Positions 10,697-20,567 of a stretch of DNA of 49,692 nucleotides are shown piece after piece. Origin of the DNA: Bdellovibrionota bacterium. Its GTDB lineage: Bacteria; Bdellovibrionota_C; UBA2361; CAKMMH01. The notes beneath the pieces are model-generated. The model saw only the letters and a program-made list of their open reading frames with translations, made no database searches and had not been told where the DNA came from. Position 1 is the first letter of the stretch. Each line of letters starts with the position of its first letter. The stretch is from NCBI GenBank assembly GCA_050952645.1, contig JBMNLI010000011.1, forward strand, positions 1 through 49,692, in the 5' to 3' direction. Position numbers and translations under genes: made by a program.

Positions 10697-11164
10697 GTGG
10701 AAACTAGTGGCAATTCCCAAGGGAATGATGGTGATAAGTTCGCTATTCCAATTTGTTTTGGGGCTTATGAAGAAGGTGTTTTCTGCCCAACAGATCGATT
10801 CGGAGTATTTGAATTTAAGGAAACTTGCAAAGATGGCACTTTGGTAGCATCGATTTCTATTATTGATAAACTCCAACTTCCAGAACGCCTAGATCGTACT
10901 ACTACTGTTAGGAGTAGTTATACACCTACGTCTTTAGGAATCGCATTTGCTACTCGAAAAATTTTCAAAGCTTATAAAGAAGCAACAAAATTACGTGTAG
11001 ACGTGCTAGAATGCAACGACGGCAATCGCCCTTGCTTGGTAAGCATTATGAAACAGATTGGGTTTGAAGAAGTGGAGACTGATAAAGTTTCGGCATACAC
11101 CATCACGAGAGAAGTAATTGCAAAATGGTTTAAAACCGCCCCCTCTCACGAAGTTTGTGCTTAA
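10697..11164 (+). CDS. Hypothetical protein
   Basis: 155 aa GTG-start ORF with AAGGA upstream, flanked by a promoter and a terminator; weak GNAT-like end (SIMKQIGF). Confidence 0.6.
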   Translation: METSGNSQGNDGDKFAIPICFGAYEEGVFCPTDRFGVFEFKETCKDGTLVASISIIDKLQLPERLDRTTTVRSSYTPTSLGIAFATRKIFKAYKEATKLRVDVLECNDGNRPCLVSIMKQIGFEEVETDKVSAYTITREVIAKWFKTAPSHEVCA

Positions 11165-11187
11165 AGCTTTCCATAATGGAACAAAGG

Positions 11188-11214
11188 GGAGTCTTTTTTT
11201 TAAAAAAAGACTCC
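11188..11214 (+). terminator. Intrinsic terminator
   Basis: GGAGTCTTTTTTT-T-AAAAAAAGACTCC followed by T runs. Confidence 0.65.
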
Positions 11215-11326
11215 TTTTCTTTTTTTTATCTTAAATTTTTCTTTATTTTACTCTTTATTTTACGTATAAAATTTAATTTTAACTTTATAACCTACTTAAA
11301 ATAATTAAAAAAATTAAAAAACACTC

Positions 11327-11458
11327 ACATAAACTATCAAAAATAGCGGACGTAAATACGTCCCTTTAAGAAACAACAAATACCAGTCTTAGGCTAAATT
11401 TTAGCTCTTAAAAACATAGCATATAAAAACATAGCATACGTAAAACAGAGGAAAGTTT
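11327..11458. repeat. Dispersed structured repeat, copy 1 (copy 2 at 29357..29475)
   Basis: Shared blocks ATCAAAAATAGC..ACGTAAATACGT, TCTTAGGCTAAATTTTAGCTCT and CATAGCATACGTAAAAC. Confidence 0.85.
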
Positions 11459-11490
11459 GGGCTAAAACGTAAAAGAAGCCAGCTTAATAA

Positions 11491-12480
11491 CTATTTTATT
11501 TTTTTCCCAAGGTATGGATCCTCTGTTTCCATATAATTTTGAACGTAATCTTTTACTGCATCTTCAAGAGAATAAAATTTAAAAGCCATATTAGTCTTTT
11601 CAAATTTCTCCATATTAGCTTTCGTGTAATATTGGTATTGTTTCCTAAGTTTTTCAGGCATATCGATATATTCTATATTTGGTTTTAAATTTAATGCACT
11701 AAATACCGACTTCATTAAATCATTCCAGCTTCTAGCCTCACCCGTTCCAACATTATAAAGCCCGTTTACCTTAGGTTGCTTTAAAAATCTCCACATAACC
11801 TCAACAACATCTTTAATATATACGAAATCTCTTACCGACTCACCATCTTTAAAACGAGGGTCATATGATTTAAAAAGTTTCACCTTTCCAGTCTCTTTAA
11901 TAGTCTCATAAGATTTCTTTACCATGCTTGCCATATCGCCCTTATGGTACTCATTAGGACCAAAAACGTTAAAAAACTTCAAGCCTGCAATACTAGAAAA
12001 AGCCTTATTTCTAGCTGCCCAGATGTCGAATAAATGTTTAGAAAATCCGTAAGGGTTTAAGGGTTTTAATGTTAGCAAGCTTTTTTCGTCCTGAAAATCA
12101 TCGTATCCAGCTTCACCTGCTCCATAAGTAGCACCACTACTAGCATAAATAAATCTAATACCATTATTTATAGCGTAAGTAGCAAGTGTTTTCGTATATT
12201 GGTAATTATTTGCTAGTAAAAAATCTACATTCATTTCAGTCGTACTTGAACAAGCTCCCATGTGGATAATACCATCTATTTTTATTGAAATATCGGCCAT
12301 AAGCTCAGATATAAAATCGTTAACGCCAATAATATCTGTATAAACTAAATTTCTTAAATTTAACCACCTTTTATCATCACCTAAGTTATCTACTATTAAA
12401 ATATCGTTTATGCCCTCTTGGTTTAACTTTGCTACAAAAGCACTACCTATAAAGCCAGCTCCTCCAGTTACTATATACAT
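11491..12480 (-). CDS. hldD: ADP-L-glycero-D-manno-heptose-6-epimerase
   Basis: TGGAGFIGS, HMGACSST, YASSGATYG, PLNPYGFSK and FNVFGPNEYHKG. Confidence 0.95.
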   Translation of the reverse strand: MYIVTGGAGFIGSAFVAKLNQEGINDILIVDNLGDDKRWLNLRNLVYTDIIGVNDFISELMADISIKIDGIIHMGACSSTTEMNVDFLLANNYQYTKTLATYAINNGIRFIYASSGATYGAGEAGYDDFQDEKSLLTLKPLNPYGFSKHLFDIWAARNKAFSSIAGLKFFNVFGPNEYHKGDMASMVKKSYETIKETGKVKLFKSYDPRFKDGESVRDFVYIKDVVEVMWRFLKQPKVNGLYNVGTGEARSWNDLMKSVFSALNLKPNIEYIDMPEKLRKQYQYYTKANMEKFEKTNMAFKFYSLEDAVKDYVQNYMETEDPYLGKKIK

Positions 12481-12574
12481 AATCTAAACTCCTAAAAAAA
12501 ATTATTATCCTAAATTCCCATAACATTATACCATACAAATGCGTTTTTAATAGTGGTGTATAAACATTATAATT

Positions 12575-14188
12575 CTACTTTTTCTTAAAAATACTTTTTA
12601 AAAAATCATCTTCTTTGATATTAAAAATTTTCAAAATATCCTTTTGTTTTTTTGTTAACGGAACCATTAACTTACTACTACTTTTAGTTTCTACAACTTT
12701 AATCTTTTGAAGCTCTTTAATGATATCAGGTATATTAAAATTCTTTTGCTTTGTATCATTTTTGAGTAGATTAAGAATATAACTTCTAAGAATAAGAGCT
12801 AAAAATCCAACAAAAAGTTTTCCTTCTGTGGTTTGAAGATTATGCGTTTTAAGTCTTTTGAAATCAATTTCATTTTTTAATTGGTAAAATTGTTTTTCGA
12901 TTATATCTTTTTGACGATAACGACAAAGTGCTTCACTTGGAGTTAAATCACAATCAATACTAATCAAAATTAAGAAGCCACAATCTTTTAAGTATTCATC
13001 TATAGCTTTTGATTTTCTTTCATAAGTGAAACTCTCTTTAGTTATTTTAATATCAAAATATTTATTATATTTTTTATAATCTAGCAAAGAGTATTTTAAT
13101 TTTTTTAACTCTTCTAATTCTTCTTCCATTCTAGAAATTTTCTCATAAAATTGAACTATCTCATATGACACCTTTTCCATATTATAATAAATATAAATCT
13201 TTACAGGTTGACCCATAACAATATCTGTTACAGAACAACCAAAAGTAGTGCTATCTTTTATATAATTAGCATCTTGCTTAATAAATGCAGTGTGATTTTC
13301 AAGTATTCTTTTAGCGTCATTCCAATGTAATGGCAAAGGACAAAGTAGTCCAAACTTTTGTCCTTCTTCATTTGCAACTTGCGCTAAATTATCTTGCGTC
13401 ACAAAACCTTGATCCGTAACAAGGTTAATGCGATTATTAGGACTAATAAGCGGAAAGTCTCTTAAAAGAAAACTAAAATACGTCTTATCTGTAATACTGC
13501 CATTATAAACTTGATAAAATAAAGGAAGCTTCGTCGTAGAGCCATAGCACATACCTATATTTATTTGTGGTAATTTATCCATATCCCTATTATAACCAAA
13601 CTCTAATATGCTTATTTTTTTACTATAAGAAGATATCGAAGTTACGTCATAATACCAACATTCTTGAGCTAAATGTTGCTTCGTCCATTTCTTAAAAAAA
13701 TCAAGTCTTTTTTCATCGTCAATTCGTTCAAATAGACGGCTTATTTTTTGACTTGTTAATTTAGAAATTTTATATGGTAAAACACTCTCATCTATCCAAC
13801 TTTGAGCATGCGATACTACATTTCCATTTGCTAAAATATAAAATGCTAAAGTTAAAATATCGTATGCATCATTACCAAAAATTGAAGACAGTGTCTTGTC
13901 TAGTCTTACAGCTTTTACAATCTTATTTAAAACATAAGTAAGACCAAAAGATTTATTGCTTACAATATATTTATCAGAATCATCTGGAAAAAAATCATAG
14001 TAATTCCTATTAGGAATTAATTTTTTACCACTCTCATCTAACTTCCCTATACCTGTCTCGTCAAACGTAGTTTTCCCGTTTTCACGAAGAAAATTATACC
14101 TGTAATAAATATAGGTAGTCCCATTTTTATTTTTCTTGCGTCCAATTTGCTTGCTTGGTAAGTCGATTATTTTTATTGTTTTTTTCAT
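12575..14188 (-). CDS. IS1634-family DDE transposase
   Basis: YYDVTS, GYNRD..LPQIN, DQGF and YRQKDIIEKQF motifs; AAGGAGG RBS. Confidence 0.92.
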   Translation of the reverse strand: MKKTIKIIDLPSKQIGRKKNKNGTTYIYYRYNFLRENGKTTFDETGIGKLDESGKKLIPNRNYYDFFPDDSDKYIVSNKSFGLTYVLNKIVKAVRLDKTLSSIFGNDAYDILTLAFYILANGNVVSHAQSWIDESVLPYKISKLTSQKISRLFERIDDEKRLDFFKKWTKQHLAQECWYYDVTSISSYSKKISILEFGYNRDMDKLPQINIGMCYGSTTKLPLFYQVYNGSITDKTYFSFLLRDFPLISPNNRINLVTDQGFVTQDNLAQVANEEGQKFGLLCPLPLHWNDAKRILENHTAFIKQDANYIKDSTTFGCSVTDIVMGQPVKIYIYYNMEKVSYEIVQFYEKISRMEEELEELKKLKYSLLDYKKYNKYFDIKITKESFTYERKSKAIDEYLKDCGFLILISIDCDLTPSEALCRYRQKDIIEKQFYQLKNEIDFKRLKTHNLQTTEGKLFVGFLALILRSYILNLLKNDTKQKNFNIPDIIKELQKIKVVETKSSSKLMVPLTKKQKDILKIFNIKEDDFLKSIFKKK

Positions 14189-14215
14189 AAAAACCTCCTT
14201 AATACGTATAGTATA

Positions 14216-14243
14216 ATTATACCATACAAAAAAGAAATGTCAA
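14216..14243 (-). promoter_or_regulatory. Consensus sigma70 promoter of transposase A
   Basis: TTGACA-N16-TATAAT with extended -10 TG on the minus strand. Confidence 0.7.
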
Positions 14244-14338
14244 TATAGAAAAATATATAACTATTTAAAATATCAATAAAAAATACAGTGTTTTATTTGA
14301 AAATGGGGAAAAGATAAAATTTGGGGAATTTAGGTATT

Positions 14339-16196
14339 CCTTAACTTTGCAAAAAAGTTCACCTAAAATTTTTTTTGTAATTTTTTATTTATTTGAGCAG
14401 CTTTTAATCTTACCTTATCAGCATCTATATCAAACGCATTTAATATAGTTTTTTGTCTTTTGCTTACTGCATAGCTCAGCTGATATAAATCCTTACTCCC
14501 TCTTACCATTTCAATTTTTTCAAGTTCTTTTAATGCGGCAGGAACATTCATATAGTTTGGCTTTTTTGTTAGCTTAGAAAGTTCTTCATTAAGTAGAATA
14601 TAAATGCGATTGCGAATTATAAGTGCTATAAACTCTATAAAAATTTTAGCAGATACTGCCTGAGATGAATGAACTCTCATACTTTTTGAGCCTAAAAAAG
14701 TCTTATCAATAGCAAAAAGTTTCTCAGTTGCGTCTCTACCCTTGTAAAGTATTATAGCTTCTTTAGCACTCATTTCTTCCGAACTAACAAGACAAAAATA
14801 CCCACATAAATTAAGAGCCTTTTGAATTTCATCTGCTCTCTCTTCTACTTTTCTTAACTTTCCTTGATTGTCATAACTTAAATCAAAAAATTGCTTATAC
14901 GTTTGTCCAAACTTTGTATCTTTGCCAATATGGTTTTTTAAAAATTGTTCAAACTCCTCTAATTTAATTTCTAGTTGCTCCCTCTCAAATGCTTGCTTTT
15001 CCGCACTAAAATAAACATGAAAATAACGCTCCTTACTATCATCATCATATAATTTTGATTTCACTGTAGTGCCATATACCTTGTATAAGCGAATACTACA
15101 GTCTCTTTTAGACTCAAATGTATTCCTGTTTTCTTCTACTAATTTAGAAACTAAAGCCTTACACCCTTTTACCATCAATAAAAAAGAAAAACCACTATTA
15201 TCCATATATTGAATATTATATTTACTAAAATAACCACGGTCTAAAATAAATCCTATCTTTTTATATCCATACTCTATAACCTTATCTGCCATATGAGTAA
15301 ATTGAGAAACGTCTGTAATAGAACCAGGATACTCTTCGTAAAATAACGGAACTCTATTCGTTTGATCAAAGGCAATGGATAAATTAAATACTGGGAATCC
15401 TTTTTCGTCTTTCGCTTTACCAAACTCTACTAATTCAACATCACCTGCTTGACAGTTCTTATTAGTCGAATCATATGAAACGTAAACCATTTGATTGCGA
15501 TCTTTTCCCTTGTTCCAATCGTCAAGAAAGTTAATTATCTGCTCTTTGCTAACAGAAGAAAGAAAACGACTTATGGTAGAATCACTATAGATGCGCATAC
15601 CTTTTGTAAAGAGTGGATGAGAAAAGGCGTAGTCTGGATAATACTGACTGACATTCTCTTCATTTACAATAAAATAACTCGCTAAATCAAGTATAAGTTC
15701 ACTACGTTCACCAAAATGTTTTTTTAGTAAAAAAGGCAAATTAAATTCATTTGCTACTTTTTCAATCACCAAGTGGGGACCTATACGAAGACAACAACTG
15801 CGTGAAGCGTCTGAAAATTTCTCGGGCATAGGGGCATCTGGAAAATAATTACTATAATTGTCATTAGGGTACATAATATCATCTCTACCATCAACTAATT
15901 TTCCAATAACGCTACGCTTTGGATTAGTATACTGTTTCTCTTTATTATAAGTGCGATCGTATTCAAAAAGCACATATTTTGCTTCCCCTTTTTCTCTTAT
16001 AATTATTTTATTTCTTTGCTCTGGTAATGGAACTGTTCGATTGTAATTCATAAAACCTCCTTTAGGTTAACGGTTGCACTAAAAGTATAGCATAGTAAAT
16101 ACACAGATGCAAGTAAAAAAATGCATAATTTAACGATTATTTCTTATTTATTTTAATTGATTATTTGTTTAGGTGAACTTTTTTGAAAAGTTAAGG
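14339..16196 (-). mobile_element. IS1634-family insertion sequence B
   Basis: 29-bp IR CCTTAACTTT(G/T)CAAAAAAGTTCACCTAAA at both ends; 5-bp target duplication GTATT at 14334-14338 and 16197-16201. Confidence 0.92.
14363..16051 (-). CDS. IS1634-family DDE transposase
   Basis: SYDSTN, FGKAKD, LDRGYFS and YKGRDATEKLF; AGGAGG RBS; TTGCAT-N17-TATACT promoter at 16084-16112. Confidence 0.92.
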   Translation of the reverse strand: MNYNRTVPLPEQRNKIIIREKGEAKYVLFEYDRTYNKEKQYTNPKRSVIGKLVDGRDDIMYPNDNYSNYFPDAPMPEKFSDASRSCCLRIGPHLVIEKVANEFNLPFLLKKHFGERSELILDLASYFIVNEENVSQYYPDYAFSHPLFTKGMRIYSDSTISRFLSSVSKEQIINFLDDWNKGKDRNQMVYVSYDSTNKNCQAGDVELVEFGKAKDEKGFPVFNLSIAFDQTNRVPLFYEEYPGSITDVSQFTHMADKVIEYGYKKIGFILDRGYFSKYNIQYMDNSGFSFLLMVKGCKALVSKLVEENRNTFESKRDCSIRLYKVYGTTVKSKLYDDDSKERYFHVYFSAEKQAFEREQLEIKLEEFEQFLKNHIGKDTKFGQTYKQFFDLSYDNQGKLRKVEERADEIQKALNLCGYFCLVSSEEMSAKEAIILYKGRDATEKLFAIDKTFLGSKSMRVHSSQAVSAKIFIEFIALIIRNRIYILLNEELSKLTKKPNYMNVPAALKELEKIEMVRGSKDLYQLSYAVSKRQKTILNAFDIDADKVRLKAAQINKKLQKKF

Positions 16197-16494
16197 GTAT
16201 TATAACGAACTATTACTTACTAACTATTACTTACTAAATTGTATTTGCAATCATATTTGCAATAATATTTGCAATAGTATTTGCACTCGCATTCGATTAT
16301 TTAAACTCGCTAAAGAAATATATTAACAAGAATAAAAATATTAAACAACAATTACGCAAAAAATTAAGCGATAAATTAAGCGATAAACTAAGAGATAAAT
16401 TAAATAATAAAGCTTAAAAGAAAGTTTCTTTAAATTTGGGCTTAAGGTTATATTTTATTTACTAAAAATCGCAAATTTGGTATACATAATCATT

Positions 16495-17046
16495 ATGAAA
16501 GGAACCACACACTTAGTAACTGGAATAGGACTAGGCTTAATTTTAGGCAATTTATTTCAAACTCCATACGATATAAACGGAGAAACTATGTTAGGAGCAT
16601 CTCTTGGAGCACTATTTCCTGATATTGACACTGGAGGTTTGATAGCACGCCCTGGAAAACTAATGTCTGTAAGAAATAGGAATACTCGTAAAATATTCGA
16701 TACGACAGGAGATTTTATATCTAAAATTATACAATCTTTTACGACACATAGAGGATTTTTTCACTGGCCTATAAATGCGATTATCTTTATTGTTATAGGC
16801 GCTTTTACGCTTTCCCCTTTCGCATTTTATTTTGGCGTTGGATACTTATCACACTGCCTTTTAGATGCTCTTAACGCTAAAGGCGTCCCTCTTTTTGCCC
16901 CTATATCTCTCGATAAATACCGCATAGCACGTTTAAAATATGGTGGCATAGGAGAAAGAATATATTTAATCTTACTTGCGTTATTTATACTCTATTTTTT
17001 GAAAGGTGATTTAATGACTTACCTTGAAGCGGTAAATTACGGATAA
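16495..17046 (+). CDS. Membrane-bound metal-dependent hydrolase (YdjM-like)
   Basis: MKGTTH, FPDID, HRGFFH and SHCLLD motifs; ATG at 16495 preferred over TTG at 16477. Confidence 0.85.
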   Translation: MKGTTHLVTGIGLGLILGNLFQTPYDINGETMLGASLGALFPDIDTGGLIARPGKLMSVRNRNTRKIFDTTGDFISKIIQSFTTHRGFFHWPINAIIFIVIGAFTLSPFAFYFGVGYLSHCLLDALNAKGVPLFAPISLDKYRIARLKYGGIGERIYLILLALFILYFLKGDLMTYLEAVNYG

Positions 17047-17052
17047 ATAAAA

Positions 17053-18633
17053 TTACACATCACTCATATTATATTCATTTAATTTATTTCTTAAAGTTCT
17101 AACGCTAATTCCAAGCATATCGGCAGCCTTTGTCTTATTATTTTCAGTCGATTTTAATGTTTCTAAAATTAAAACTTTTTCCATCTCAGAAACCGTCATA
17201 CCACTTTTTATTAAGAGCCTACTGCGGCTATCACAATCTTCTTTTACGTATTCAATTTGATTTAATTCATCTTTATTGAACTCTTTATTTGACGCATCTT
17301 TATTTAACGTATCGCTTGCTAATTGCTTATCGATATTTTCTCTATCGATATTTTCCATGCTCTCTATATTATCTTTTATATTATCTTTTACATTATTTTT
17401 AGTATTATATTTATCATTATATTTATCAACACATTTATCATCATAGCAAAGCACTTCTATCTTAGATTGTAGAAGTGAGTTTTTCTTTCCTAATAAAAAA
17501 TCTGAAGTCCTTACCTTTCTTCCCTTAGAAAGTATAGAAGCTCTTTGCACGGCATTTTGCAACTCTCTTATATTTCCTGGCCAAGGATACGCATTAAGAG
17601 CCGCTAAAATTTCTTTATCGATGCTAGGTTTTTTAATATTTAAATATTTAGACATAAAATATTCAACTAACAATTTTACATCACCTTTCCTATCTCTTAA
17701 AGGAGGAAGAGTGATAGGAATAACGTTTAACCTATAAAAAAGATCTTCTCTAAACTCTCCTTTCCTTACGCTTTCTTCTAAATTTCTATTTGTTGTAGCT
17801 AGCACTCTAACATCTATCGAAACTGGGCTAGTGCCTCCTACTCTATCTATCTCTCTTTCTTGTAGAACTCTTAAAAGTTTAGCTTGCAAAGCTAAATCCA
17901 TTTCAGATACTTCATCTAACAAGATAGTTCCGCCTTGAGCTAATTCAAACTTTCCTATCTTTCTATTTAAAGCCCCGGTGAAAGCCCCTTTTTCATGCCC
18001 AAAAAGCTCGCTTTCTAAAAGAGTATCGGGAAGTGCAGCGCAGTTAACTGCAACAAACGGTTGATTATTTCTTTGGCTAGATGTATGAATAAGTCTAGCT
18101 ATAAGTTCTTTGCCAGTTCCCGACTCACCTTGAATAAGCACAGTTGCATCACTCTTAGCAACGGCCTCGGCAATTTCAAAAATCTTTATCATTGTAGGGT
18201 CGTTTGTGATAATCGGCTTTCCTTTTTGCTTCTTTGCATTCCTAACGGTTCTAAACTCCTTATTTTCAGGGCTTAGGACTCTTTCTATAATACGCAGAAG
18301 CGAGTCGGCATCGAATGGTTTAGTGATAAAATCCGCCGCACCTAACTGCATAGCTTGAACGGCATCCGTAATAGTCCCAAATGCGGTAATCATTATAAAT
18401 GGAATTTCTGGATACTCCGAGTTTACCTTTCTTAAAAACTCTTTCCCCGTCATCTCTGGCATTTTTTGATCTGAAATAATTAAAGCATAATTTTCTTTTT
18501 GCAATTCTAAATATGCACACATCGCATTAGAGAAAGTATCTACTAAAAAACCTTGTTTTTTAAGAATAGTTTCTAGAGCAACCCTTATTTGCTCATCATC
18601 ATCTACTACTAGTAATCTTAATTTATCATTCAT
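17053..18633 (-). CDS. Sigma54-dependent response regulator (FleR/FlrC-like: REC-AAA+-HTH)
   Basis: VVDDD receiver domain, GESGTGKE, GAFTGA and C-terminal HTH ISVRTLRNKL. Confidence 0.9.
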   Translation of the reverse strand: MNDKLRLLVVDDDEQIRVALETILKKQGFLVDTFSNAMCAYLELQKENYALIISDQKMPEMTGKEFLRKVNSEYPEIPFIMITAFGTITDAVQAMQLGAADFITKPFDADSLLRIIERVLSPENKEFRTVRNAKKQKGKPIITNDPTMIKIFEIAEAVAKSDATVLIQGESGTGKELIARLIHTSSQRNNQPFVAVNCAALPDTLLESELFGHEKGAFTGALNRKIGKFELAQGGTILLDEVSEMDLALQAKLLRVLQEREIDRVGGTSPVSIDVRVLATTNRNLEESVRKGEFREDLFYRLNVIPITLPPLRDRKGDVKLLVEYFMSKYLNIKKPSIDKEILAALNAYPWPGNIRELQNAVQRASILSKGRKVRTSDFLLGKKNSLLQSKIEVLCYDDKCVDKYNDKYNTKNNVKDNIKDNIESMENIDRENIDKQLASDTLNKDASNKEFNKDELNQIEYVKEDCDSRSRLLIKSGMTVSEMEKVLILETLKSTENNKTKAADMLGISVRTLRNKLNEYNMSDV

Positions 18634-18682
18634 AAAAAACCTTTTAATTTATAAAAAATATTATTTTTCCGTATATTAAAAA

Positions 18683-19594
18683 CTATATCAAAAAAACTAT
18701 ATCAAAAATTGCACCATTATTTTTATTGTTTCTAATATTTTTATTATTTCTAACGCTTATTTTAGCGTGATGTTTATCTAAAATCTGCTTAACTACGGCT
18801 AGACCTAGACCAGTGCCTTCGTTTTTAGTGCTCACGAATGGCTCAAAAATTTTATCTATTACATCTTCCCTTATTCCGCCTCCTTTGTCGCTAATTTGAA
18901 CTATTACTTTATCATGAAAAGCATTAACACTTACTTTAATAAATATCTTTTCTTTTTGAGCTTGCACACTATTTAAAAATAAATTATAAAACACCCGAGA
19001 AAGCGAAGCTTCATTTCCTAAAACAAAAATAGCATCGTTGCTATACTGCTCACAAATTTCTATTTCTTTTTTAGACATATTTTTAATAATACTTAATTGT
19101 TCTTTTATTATCGATTTTATATTTACTGGGGTTAAAACCTCATCTTGATTTTTTGAAAATTGAAGCACATTTGAAACTACATTATCTAGGCTAGAAATAC
19201 ACGCATCTATTTGCTTTAAAGTATTTTGAACGCTATTTCTTTTCGTGTTTTTATCTTCGGTTTCATCTTCGGTTTCATCTTTCAAATCAGACTTTAAAAT
19301 AGAAACGAATAATTTCATTGCTCCTAATGGATTTCTAATTTCATGTGCGATAGCGGAAGCGGTCTGTCCGATAGTAGCAAGATGTTCTCTTTTTTTTATT
19401 TCTATATCCTTTTGTTTTAATTCTTCTTTTAAACCTACTACTTCTAGTTTTAATAAATTATAATTTTCTTCTAATTTTTTAGCGGAAGCTATAAAATTAC
19501 TAAACGAGCTTTCTAGAAAAGATTTTTGCTTACTTATTTGCTCATTTATTATTAAACCATCTTTAGTTTTTGTATTATTTACTAAAGCTTCCAT
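18683..19594 (-). CDS. Cytoplasmic histidine kinase (FleS/FlrB-like, no evident sensor domain)
   Basis: AHEIRNPL H-box, NLFLNS N-box, DKGGG and GTGLGL G-boxes. Confidence 0.88.
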   Translation of the reverse strand: MEALVNNTKTKDGLIINEQISKQKSFLESSFSNFIASAKKLEENYNLLKLEVVGLKEELKQKDIEIKKREHLATIGQTASAIAHEIRNPLGAMKLFVSILKSDLKDETEDETEDKNTKRNSVQNTLKQIDACISSLDNVVSNVLQFSKNQDEVLTPVNIKSIIKEQLSIIKNMSKKEIEICEQYSNDAIFVLGNEASLSRVFYNLFLNSVQAQKEKIFIKVSVNAFHDKVIVQISDKGGGIREDVIDKIFEPFVSTKNEGTGLGLAVVKQILDKHHAKISVRNNKNIRNNKNNGAIFDIVFLI

Positions 19595-19668
19595 GTAATA
19601 TTTTTCTTTCTCCTTATTTTTTATTATTTATTTTATTCTTTATTTTATTTTTCATTTTATTTTTTATT

Positions 19669-20559
19669 TTATTCTTTATTTTTCGTTCCTTGTTCCCATA
19701 AAAATGTTTCTAGCGATGCACTAGCTAAGTTTATCCATAAATCGGATTGTGGAAATTTTTCTTTTGCTTCATCTAAAATTTTTATCGCAGTTTTCTTATC
19801 TTTATCATTTATAGCTACTTTTACTTTTGCATAATCGACCCAGCTATCGATAAACTCATTAGGGAATTCTTCATTAGAAACGGCTAGCCATTTTTTTAAA
19901 TTATTAAAATCTTTTTTATCGAGTAAAATTTTCATTACTAGCCTTACTGCTAGTGGTGCATCTTCATTATCCATCGATACTTTTTTTAAGTCGTTTTGCG
20001 CCTCAGTAAAACTTCCTAAATAAAAGGAGGTGATGCCTCTTTGTAAATATATACTAGAGGTTTCAAAAGGCTTAGCGTACTTTAAAGCTTCTGTGTATTT
20101 TTCTTTTGCTTTTCCGTATAGTTTTAAATTAAAAAGATTATCGCCTATAAGTTTTAAGCAAGCCGACTTTAATGAATTAGTATCATCTCCGCTAAGCTCT
20201 AGCGCTTTTTGTGCATAGACTTGAGATGAAGAATATTTTTCTTCTTGAAAATCGATAATACCTTTATATAAATAAATGGTAGCTTTTTCTTTATTTGTAA
20301 TATCATCATTTTCTAAAATCTTATCGAATAGCTCTACGGCAACATCTGGGAGACTTAGAGCCCAGGCACTTTTAGCAGCTGAGGTTAGGACATTTTTATT
20401 TATTTTTTGTTTTGGAAGCTTTTCAAAGGATATCATAGCCTTGTAATATTCTTTATTATTGGCATTTTTTTGAACATCTATTGGATGTTGCGCCAAAGAA
20501 TGGTCAGCAAAAAAAAGAATAAAACAACTTGTTAAAATAAAAAACCTTTTAATTCCCAT
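19669..20559 (-). CDS. Exported tetratricopeptide-repeat protein
   Basis: Signal peptide (SLA/Q) and TPR-like helices. Confidence 0.7.
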   Translation of the reverse strand: MGIKRFFILTSCFILFFADHSLAQHPIDVQKNANNKEYYKAMISFEKLPKQKINKNVLTSAAKSAWALSLPDVAVELFDKILENDDITNKEKATIYLYKGIIDFQEEKYSSSQVYAQKALELSGDDTNSLKSACLKLIGDNLFNLKLYGKAKEKYTEALKYAKPFETSSIYLQRGITSFYLGSFTEAQNDLKKVSMDNEDAPLAVRLVMKILLDKKDFNNLKKWLAVSNEEFPNEFIDSWVDYAKVKVAINDKDKKTAIKILDEAKEKFPQSDLWINLASASLETFLWEQGTKNKE

Positions 20560-20567
20560 AAGTTAAA

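Larger units (their letters stand above)
12509..14334 (-). mobile_element. IS1634-family insertion sequence A
   Basis: Terminal IR CCTAAATTCCC (12509-12519) / GGGAATTTAGG (14324-14334); 6-bp target duplication TATTAT, whose right copy is restored if IS B is removed. Confidence 0.88.

Noticed and set aside
12509..16196. Composite transposon
   Set aside because: The two IS have different IRs and separate target duplications, with no cargo between them.
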